A stretch of 64,000 nucleotides of DNA from Klebsiella phage K64-1: sequence record AB897757.1. One strand, given 5' to 3'. A program made the position numbers and the translations under genes. Positions 50,891 through 59,377 of this stretch are shown here, piece by piece. The first letter of the stretch is position 1, and every line of letters begins with the position of its first letter. Below the pieces are notes generated by a model. The model searched no databases, had not been told where the DNA came from, and saw only the letters and a program-made list of their open reading frames with translations.

Positions 50891-53230
50891 CTATTTTTGT
50901 AATTGTTTTTCAATTCTATCAAGTTTTCTACGCTGATAGGCCATTTCCACTGCTAAACACTCTTCCATTCTGAGCATATATATTTCTCCCTCGGCTTTAT
51001 ATGGAGATAATACATTACCATTTTGATCATATGTTTCTTCTGATTCTATCCATGATTCATAAGTTATTAAGCCATAATCTTGCCAATTTAATCCTGCATT
51101 TTCTAACACTGATTTAATTTTTTGTGCTATATACCCAACATGCCATCTTGCATCGGTTATCCCTTTTACATTGATTGCAGCTTTCATTTTCCACATATTA
51201 AATTCAACATTTTCCCATGCATCAAGAAGTTCATCTGGTATTTTTTGTATATTGGATTTGTAATTTTCATCTGAAACAACAGTTACTGGATTTTGAACAT
51301 ATAAATTGTTAACCGTCAATGATGGTGAACCTATTGAATAAACAGATGTTGTTGTTGGTGTTATTGCATTACTACCAAAGACCCATTCTTGTGAACCATT
51401 AAATGAACGTATATATAATCTTCCTGAGCTATCAACCAAAATCCTAGCCATTGATGTTGTTTTGTCACCATTAGAATAAAAATCAATACTTTTTGAACCG
51501 GCGGTTCCGTTATAAATTCCAAGCTGAATACTACCATTGGTTTTTATTTGTCCGGTATTAGTAAAAGACAAAATATCTGTAGGTGTAACACTATAATCAG
51601 TTGATGTAGTGTAACTGACAACCAATTCACCATTATCATTCACAGTTAATATATGATTTTTATTGCATATATTTTTATTCGAAATTGAAATCTTTGAAGT
51701 TATATTTCTATTTGTATATGTATTAAATGTGCAATTAATTACCAAATAAGAATCATCCAGTACAGTTGCGGTGTCTGAATCGATATTATACGATGGTCCT
51801 TTATTGTATGTGTTAAGACTGTAATACGGGTTAATAAAATGGTTATTATCAAAAATGATGTTTTTACTGTTTCCTGTTATTTTAATTGATTTAACGTCAG
51901 TACTTGAATAAGCAGTTAAGCGATTCGTTGTTACTTGGCGGCAATTTTTGAAATTTATATTATAACAAGCTTCGATATAACCTAATCGATAATTGGTATC
52001 AACTGCCGAACCATTTTGTGAAAATATAGTTCCATAAAAATTAACATTAAAACAGTTTTTTAAATTATAACATTTAGCTTTTAAATTATGAGTTTCTATA
52101 TGCCCACCAAATACATTTATTGCATGATGTGGATAAGTACTATTAATTGATGAAGCATTGAATAAAATTGCATTATCAGCATTCGAGGTTTCAATTGTTG
52201 GTCTAATAAACGTTATTTGGTTTGAATCATCTCCACTACCATCACCAGTTGTACCACCATTTGCTGGGCCAGTATAAACTTCAAAAGTAAATCCATAAGA
52301 AACATCAGATGTTGATTGCATATTTGAAATATTTTGTATAAAGATATCTTCAAAAGTACTATCAAATAATAAATTAGCTACTACACCTCGTGCAAATCCA
52401 GAAAAACCTACACAACGCCAATTACTATGTACCACTGGCAGCCAGGCAGTTGAACTTCCTAGTACTGCACCAGTTTGATATGAAGCACCAGATCTAAATC
52501 CAATATTAATTAAATTTATTTTACATTGTGTTGCAGTAAAAGCATTTTGACCTTGTGTAATTGGTTGTAGAACAGTAGAAGTCATACCAGAACCAATTAA
52601 AGTATAACATGTACTCAAAGATCCAGTACTGTTTAAATATTTTGTGAATTTCATTTCAGTACTGTACTGAAAAACTCCAGGAGGAAAAACGATTGGCATT
52701 ACACCGTACATTTGTGAATTCACCGCTGTTTGTGGAATATATGATTGTACATAAGAAATAGCAGCATCCAATGCAGGAGACCAATCCCAAGTTTCCATAT
52801 CATTTAAATTTGGTTTACTTGTAATTAAATGTTGGAATTCCATAATAGACACAAAATTGCTATTCATATAACCAGCAACTGATTCGATTGATGATAAAGA
52901 ATCATTAATTTTTTTTCTTTGGTATCCTATTTTAAGGGAAGTATCTGGATTACTTAATCCTATTTTTAATAAAGTATAAGTACTGAAATCAGTGGTTAAT
53001 ATCAAATTACCATCACTATTCAGATTCCATGTTTGTGGATTTCCTTTAGCATTCCCAACATAAAAAACCATCTCAGAAATAGGATCAAAAACAACAATAT
53101 ATGTATCAATTAATATTTCAGTACTTAAATATTCAACTTCGGAAAATTTTAATCCCAAACTTAATGCTATGCTATTTTTATTTGTTTCTTTAGAAACAGA
53201 GCCTTTTGGTTGAATTAATCCGTTTATCAT
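50891..53230 (-). CDS. tailspike protein, anchor family A, with C-terminal intramolecular chaperone (peptidase S74-like) domain
   Basis: N-terminus MINGLIQPKGSVSKETN; C-terminal VSDENYKSNIQKIP ... YGLITYESWIE ... LRMEECLAVEMAYQRRKL resembles the endosialidase/T5 L-fibre autocleaving chaperone. Confidence 0.75.
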   Translation of the reverse strand: MINGLIQPKGSVSKETNKNSIALSLGLKFSEVEYLSTEILIDTYIVVFDPISEMVFYVGNAKGNPQTWNLNSDGNLILTTDFSTYTLLKIGLSNPDTSLKIGYQRKKINDSLSSIESVAGYMNSNFVSIMEFQHLITSKPNLNDMETWDWSPALDAAISYVQSYIPQTAVNSQMYGVMPIVFPPGVFQYSTEMKFTKYLNSTGSLSTCYTLIGSGMTSTVLQPITQGQNAFTATQCKINLINIGFRSGASYQTGAVLGSSTAWLPVVHSNWRCVGFSGFARGVVANLLFDSTFEDIFIQNISNMQSTSDVSYGFTFEVYTGPANGGTTGDGSGDDSNQITFIRPTIETSNADNAILFNASSINSTYPHHAINVFGGHIETHNLKAKCYNLKNCFNVNFYGTIFSQNGSAVDTNYRLGYIEACYNINFKNCRQVTTNRLTAYSSTDVKSIKITGNSKNIIFDNNHFINPYYSLNTYNKGPSYNIDSDTATVLDDSYLVINCTFNTYTNRNITSKISISNKNICNKNHILTVNDNGELVVSYTTSTDYSVTPTDILSFTNTGQIKTNGSIQLGIYNGTAGSKSIDFYSNGDKTTSMARILVDSSGRLYIRSFNGSQEWVFGSNAITPTTTSVYSIGSPSLTVNNLYVQNPVTVVSDENYKSNIQKIPDELLDAWENVEFNMWKMKAAINVKGITDARWHVGYIAQKIKSVLENAGLNWQDYGLITYESWIESEETYDQNGNVLSPYKAEGEIYMLRMEECLAVEMAYQRRKLDRIEKQLQK
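52655..52671. repeat. compound 17-bp palindrome TTCAGTAC-T-GTACTGAA
   Basis: two overlapping motif halves around a central T, inside the tailspike gene 50891..53230. Confidence 0.85.
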
Positions 53231-53259
53231 TACATTAACCTCAATTTACAATATACTAA

Positions 53260-53267
53260 TATTTATA
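53260..53267 (-). promoter_or_regulatory. late promoter TATAAATA (minus strand)
   Basis: about 30 nt upstream of ATG 53230, RBS gaggt. Confidence 0.5.
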
Positions 53268-53270
53268 ATA

Positions 53271-53299
53271 AAAAAGCCCCCATAAGGAGGCTTTTTTTA
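53271..53299. terminator. terminator hairpin (agccccc/ggaggct, one mismatch) plus T7
   Basis: GC stem plus T-run. Confidence 0.45.
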
Positions 53300-56220
53300 T
53301 TATAATGATATTTGCCAATATATAGTAGATGCATCTAAATTATTAGAACTTGTTATAGTGAAAGATACACCATTAACGATATTAGAAATTGATAATGTTC
53401 CTATATTAGAAGATGATAATATTCTTTTAAGATCTATATTAGATACATATCTTAAAGTGCTCGCTGTACTAGATGTAGATAATTTAACAGCAGATGTATT
53501 AATGGTGGCAGTGCCTGCTGTTAATGTTACCATACCAGATGTTGGTGCGGTTGTTGAATTTATATCTAAAGTGTTGTTATTTAACATTGGTGACAATGGC
53601 TGTGATGAATATCCACCCAACAAATACCATAAGTTCCCATATCCTGCCATATTAGTATTTTTAACACTAACTAGTTCTGGTCTAATACCAGACGAGCCTC
53701 TAAAATATAAACATCTTGTTTGAATCGTACTGTAAGGAAAATCACAATTGTCAATATAAAGTGAAAATTGATTTGCAGGATCTGAATTAGAGCCACAATC
53801 GACACATGCACTTGAATTATCAATTCCTCTTGAATTTATAATCCTTCCGCCCAACATAGCATATCCATATTGATTGTTAAGAGCTTCACAATCTTCAATA
53901 TTTCCACCTTCCCATACTAAACTGAATCCGTTTCTACCATTATTAGTTGCTTTGCACCCAATGAGTCTAGTATTGATCGCACCGTCACCCTGACCGAATC
54001 CATCTAATGTTGAATAATCAGCCAAACAATTAATATATTTTACATTTCTTGCTCTTATTTGGAATCCATCATCACCAGATTTATATGCACGACAATTTGA
54101 AAATGTTATATTTCTTCCAATATCATGAGTATCAAAACCTGACAATGTTGACGACGTTGAAGTACAATCATTTATTAATATACCATTTGGTTCTCCATAT
54201 ATGGATGACCAATTTATAGAAACTCCATGTCTACAATCATCAAAAAAGCATTTATCAACAGTAACTTCTTCTGAATATCCTAAGATTTCTACACCATACC
54301 ACCCCTGATGATATGCATTACAATTTTCAATTAATACATTTCTACAACTGTTTATTTTTAATGCAGTTCTTCCGCTAACATCACCTGTGTATTTTTCTTT
54401 AGAACCATATAATTGTGTATTTTTAATAACGATATTATCACAATATACCATATTCATTGTTATTGGGAATAACGTAGTATAATTGATATTATTGAATGTT
54501 AAACCATCAATATTTACATTTTTCACAATATCCATTTTAGAAATTAATGTATTATCACTTATTGTAAAATCATAAAGGGCAATTTTATCAATATATAATT
54601 GATTAGCATCAATCTTCGTTATTTGTCTCATTATTCCAATTTTAACACCTTGAGCATTAACCCCTTCAACCAATTTTTCAGAACGAATTTCTACATAATC
54701 ACCAACTGAAAATTTAGATGCATCAGTAACATTAACAATAAAAGATGAACTAGACACGTCACTTGTTAATGTTGTTGTTATTGTAGTTGATACTGAACCA
54801 GAACAAATCAGACCTTGAATCGTTGGTCCAGATGGGAAAAGGAAAACATCTTTATTAAAATATAAATTTGTATTACTTTTTATAGTTAGTGCTTTAGTTA
54901 AAGTTAAATTAGAATCAAATCTCAACGATACGTTACCAGTAGATAAAAATGTATTAATACCATCAATAGTAGTAAACCATGATGATAATGCTGGACCAAT
55001 ATATCTTCTTTTAATCCTTTTATTATTAATGACGAAACATGTTCCACCATCTTCAACGGTAATGGTGTCATTATTGTCATAATAAAAATAACCAGCACCC
55101 TCCGTTGTGTTTAATGTTTTACCACAAACGAAAATCTCATTAATTTCATCCCAATTTATATTTTTTATATCTGAATAAATTATTTTAGATATACTATTAC
55201 TATTATATAATATATCAAATTCTTCTTGTATAGAATTTCCAGATTTAGTATTAATATATGAAGATGCATTTACATCCAATAATTCTTGTTTTAAAACATA
55301 TTCATCACTTTGGATAATAATATCACCAAGCATTATAATAATTTCGTCATCTTGATATAATTCTTCAGAAAAAGTGATGATTCTATCAGCACCAATACTA
55401 TAAGCAGTAATGGGATTCTGCAAAACACCATTAATATAAACAATTGCAGTACTGAAATCATATGGCACTTGAATTGTTGTTTGGCCTTGCATTGCATTAG
55501 CTGTATAAATTCTATTAAGTTTATCATTAGTACTGATATTCGGATTGCCAATAAAAACATATAATAAATCACCAGCTTCTAATTCAGTAGTGAATGTTAA
55601 TGTGCTACCAGATACGGTGTAATTCAACCCAGGTAATTGAATTGAACCATTAACAAATACAGTTATAGTACTGAATGTGAATGGAATATTAAAATCAGTT
55701 TGACCATCAGTTGCTGATGCAGAATATGTTTTAATACTTGCATTAAAATTCGGAGTAATTTTTTCAAAACCAGTACTGGTTTCGGGATTATTACCAAGGA
55801 CACCAACCCCATTCCACACTGTACCATCAGTGTATAACCAATAATCATCTGATGTTGCAGTAGTACCAGATTTCCACATTTTTAATGAATTTTTAGTTAG
55901 TCCATAAGCAACTTCAACAGTAGGTAGATGTGCGTTCCAGTCCAGAGTTAAACCCTCTGTTTCCATTTTTTCTTTTAATTTGCTGTATATAACCGGAACC
56001 CAAGCAGTATCTGAAATACCACCATCAGTATTTGGATTATTAGTACTGGTAATATGAGGTAATGTACCTTTCCATACATATCCAGTTTTAATTGAAGTTA
56101 CTGGATCTGTATAATATAAAATTTGGTTGTTTGATACTAATCGTTTGTTAATAACAAAGTCACCAGCATCAATTAGTGCACCTGAAATATTTGTTGCAAA
56201 CTTAAATTGTTCAATGACAT
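53300..56220 (-). CDS. tailspike protein, anchor family B, with apparent frameshift in the first about 15 codons
   Basis: ORF track 53300..55966 starts at an internal Met; the same frame stays open to 56221 and encodes the family-B N-terminal domain (QILYYTD...GYVWKGTLPH...NPNTDGGISDTAW), but ATG 56220-56218 (MSLNNLS...) is in another frame and stops after 15 codons; pectate-lyase-like beta-helix body. Confidence 0.55.
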
Positions 56221-56274
56221 ATTAAACCTCATCTAAAAGTTTATGTATAGTATTATTTATGATGCACATTAGAA

Positions 56275-56282
56275 CTAAATAC
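56275..56282 (+). promoter_or_regulatory. putative late promoter variant CTAAATAC
   Basis: same CTAAATACAT element precedes the 59378 gene; about 30 nt upstream of ATG 56315 with RBS agagg. Confidence 0.35.
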
Positions 56283-56314
56283 ATGAAAGCAAATGCAAAC
56301 TAAGAGGTTTTGAC

Positions 56315-59305
56315 ATGTCTTTAAGTAATTTAAGCTCAAGTAACAGTAATGGGGCATTTCTTGATTATGGAGAATTCAGAAGTGGTGTTTACATCCAAAC
56401 ATCAAATCAGATTTTATACTTCACTGATGAAAATGGAAATAAAGTAGGTTATCAGTGGAAGGGACTTTTGCCTCACACAACAACAACAAATGATCCAAGC
56501 ACGGATGGTGGTATTTCGGATACTGCTTGGTGTAGTATTGTTGGCAGTGGATTTATTGAAAAATTATCAAAAGAGGGGATTGATTTAAGTTGGAAAGCAC
56601 ACTTACCAACAGTTGAAGTTTCTTACAATTTACCGCATAAATCACTAAAAATATGGGAAGAAGGTACGAATAGTACTGATAATGATTATTGGTTATACCC
56701 AGGTGATGGTACCGTGTGGAATGGGATTGGTGTTCTTGGTGATATACCAGATGCACCTTTTAAGCAAATTGTACCACAAAATAATGTAATAGAATGGAGT
56801 GCAATTGCAACAGAAGGACAAAACCAATTTACTGTACCGTATGAATTCACAAATATATCAGTTTTTATTAATGGATTATTACAGAATAAAAGTACTGGTG
56901 GATATGTAGTTAATGGTAGTACTGTTACATTAAATGGTTCATTAAAAGCTGGTGATGACATTCACGTAGTAATATCAAATATCCCTATTAAAAATATAAA
57001 TTATATTACTGATGTTGAATTATCACAACCCGATGCAGCACAAAAAATTGGATTATTGCATGGTGGAAATATACAAAATTTACAAAATTTTCTTTCTTTT
57101 GATATGTTTAATATTGATAAAACTGGTTCAACTGATGTAACTAGTCAAATAAATAATATTTTTTCATTAGCAAATCAATTAAATATTCCAATAAAACAAC
57201 ATGATGGTACATATTTAGTTTCTGGCTCCACTATATTTACAATAAACACGGATTGTGATCTATCCGGCGTAACAATTTTACCATCTTCTAATTTTACTGG
57301 ATATTTTCTATATACACAAAATGAACAGCCAACAACATATAATTCATCTTCATCATTGGTCACTTTAATAAATTCAGCAACAATTAATGCAAATGATTCA
57401 ATATTATATGGATTAATAAATGATACCACATTGGATGGTAATGCTATTTTTATGAAAGGCAATGATCCTCTATATGTTGCTCGTGGCACAACAAAAAATT
57501 GGTGGTGTAATACGAGAATATCAAATCGAGGTAAAATGGATGATTATTTAAAATATGGGGTATCAGGTATAAATGAAGTTATTTCATTACCTATATCAAA
57601 AAAAGTAACTACAATAAAATTACCAAATTGGGATTTTATAAATCAACCTGCTAATAATGGCGTAATAAGATTTAATAATATTTCTAGATATAGAATACAC
57701 GGTGGTAGTGTTTTTAATAGGCCACTTAATGATATAAATAAAGATCCAGTTATAATTAGTATAAATTATGCATATGATATAATACTTCAAGATTTTTATG
57801 ATGAATATCCATCTTGGCCATTAGTAGGTGGCTCTATTGCTTATGCATATACTATAAATTTCAACTATATTAATCGTGTTACATTTAAAGATATTAATTC
57901 ACAAGGTTATGGTTGGGGAATTGTTGGGGGGCAACTAGCAACTAATATTACATATCTTCGTTGTAATATTAATAGAGTTGATATGCATGATCCATTTATG
58001 GGGTATTTAAAAATTTTAGACTGTGATTTGGGATATTATGGCGTATCTGCAACTGGTATGGGAGATATGTATATTGAAAGAACTACTTTTAATATTGATG
58101 ATCTAGCATTTAATGGTTGGAGAGAAGTTGATGGTATAATAAACACTAGACCGGATTTTGGTGGGTGGTTTGATGGTGGTGTATATATAAAAGATATTAC
58201 AATTATTGGAGATGCATCCAAATTTAGAGAAATTAATAATCGCGGAGTTTCTTTATTTTCAGCATATTCATATAATGCAACATTAAGTTATATTCCGAAT
58301 GGATCACCAGTCGAACCGTGGGGATTTAAAGAAATTATAGTTAATGGATTACGATGCACTAAACCTATAACAGGAAAAAGATTTTCATCACTAGTATATG
58401 CTGCTTCTGTACAAAATGTAGATTATTTTCCAAGACATGTAAAATTTAATAATTGTGATTTTAATTCTTCTGATGTTGAATGTATAGATTTACATGGATG
58501 GAAAATAACACCAGACAATTCAAGTAAAACATCAATATCAAATACTATGAATTTTAAATCAACAAATTTTATAGAATTCACTGATTGTTCATTTGTGGGG
58601 TTAGAAATTTTAAGACCATATTCTTCATATGATTATATGAATTTAGAGTTAAAACTTAATAATTGTAAATATATTGGTTCAAACATTTCTCCTATTAGTT
58701 TTTACACTGATCAAGTTGGAAATTACGAGTTTACAAACTGTGATATCAATTTTATTAGTGATACTACAAAGAGTACTTCAAGTTTATCAAATAGACAGTC
58801 ATCATTTGTAATAAATGGTGGTCAGATAAATTCTGTATCAGTACCATTTTCAATATTATATAATAGTGGTTATTCGACTCCAGTTTTAGTTAATAATACA
58901 ATTTTTAAAGGTTCATTTTCACAATCATCAGTGACTTCTATTAATTTAAATGTGGCAGAATTCGCACAATTATCAAATTGTAGATTTTATAGTAATGTGA
59001 ATAATTCTTATATATCACCAGCATTATGGCTAGGTAGTACTTCGAACTCAGCAACATCAATAACTGTTATGCGTGGAAATAAAATTAATACAGTTATAAC
59101 CAATACCACAACTGTTAGTGGTATATCCATAAAAACTGATATAATTCCATTTGGAGTTGCATCTGGACACATAAATGGGTCTTTTTATGTTGATGCTACT
59201 GGAACAACTGGAACATACCAATTGTATTTAAATTCGTTGAATTTGAAATCACAAATTGGAAAAATTGTTTCAAATGGTACAATATCAGGAATTTATTTAC
59301 AGTAA
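56315..59305 (+). CDS. tailspike/tail fibre protein, anchor family B (996 aa)
   Basis: N-terminus MSLSNLSS...QILYFTD...GYQWKGLLPH...TDGGISDTAW shared with 53300, 59378 and 61710; HLPTVEVSYNL module; one FINGLLQ module. Confidence 0.75.
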   Translation: MSLSNLSSSNSNGAFLDYGEFRSGVYIQTSNQILYFTDENGNKVGYQWKGLLPHTTTTNDPSTDGGISDTAWCSIVGSGFIEKLSKEGIDLSWKAHLPTVEVSYNLPHKSLKIWEEGTNSTDNDYWLYPGDGTVWNGIGVLGDIPDAPFKQIVPQNNVIEWSAIATEGQNQFTVPYEFTNISVFINGLLQNKSTGGYVVNGSTVTLNGSLKAGDDIHVVISNIPIKNINYITDVELSQPDAAQKIGLLHGGNIQNLQNFLSFDMFNIDKTGSTDVTSQINNIFSLANQLNIPIKQHDGTYLVSGSTIFTINTDCDLSGVTILPSSNFTGYFLYTQNEQPTTYNSSSSLVTLINSATINANDSILYGLINDTTLDGNAIFMKGNDPLYVARGTTKNWWCNTRISNRGKMDDYLKYGVSGINEVISLPISKKVTTIKLPNWDFINQPANNGVIRFNNISRYRIHGGSVFNRPLNDINKDPVIISINYAYDIILQDFYDEYPSWPLVGGSIAYAYTINFNYINRVTFKDINSQGYGWGIVGGQLATNITYLRCNINRVDMHDPFMGYLKILDCDLGYYGVSATGMGDMYIERTTFNIDDLAFNGWREVDGIINTRPDFGGWFDGGVYIKDITIIGDASKFREINNRGVSLFSAYSYNATLSYIPNGSPVEPWGFKEIIVNGLRCTKPITGKRFSSLVYAASVQNVDYFPRHVKFNNCDFNSSDVECIDLHGWKITPDNSSKTSISNTMNFKSTNFIEFTDCSFVGLEILRPYSSYDYMNLELKLNNCKYIGSNISPISFYTDQVGNYEFTNCDINFISDTTKSTSSLSNRQSSFVINGGQINSVSVPFSILYNSGYSTPVLVNNTIFKGSFSQSSVTSINLNVAEFAQLSNCRFYSNVNNSYISPALWLGSTSNSATSITVMRGNKINTVITNTTTVSGISIKTDIIPFGVASGHINGSFYVDATGTTGTYQLYLNSLNLKSQIGKIVSNGTISGIYLQ

Positions 59306-59334
59306 AAATAAAAGCACCTTCGGGTGCTTTTATT
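59306..59334 (+). terminator. intrinsic terminator (aaagcacc ttcg ggtgcttt)
   Basis: 8-bp stem, 4-nt loop, T-run. Confidence 0.6.
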
Positions 59335-59338
59335 TTTA

Positions 59339-59346
59339 CTAAATAC
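59339..59346 (+). promoter_or_regulatory. putative late promoter variant CTAAATAC
   Basis: between terminator and ATG 59378 (RBS cgagg). Confidence 0.35.
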
Positions 59347-59377
59347 ATAATAAAATCTTTATAACGAGGTTTATTAA

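Noticed and set aside
39776-55572. Plus- or minus-strand ORFs antisense to the tailspike genes (39776..39985, 39829..40068, 42190..42372, 43949..44134, 48652..49053, 49269..49535, 49934..50155, 53358..53723, 55333..55572 and others)
   Set aside because: They lie entirely inside much longer, motif-rich reading frames on the opposite strand, have low-complexity composition and no RBS or promoter. They are shadow ORFs.
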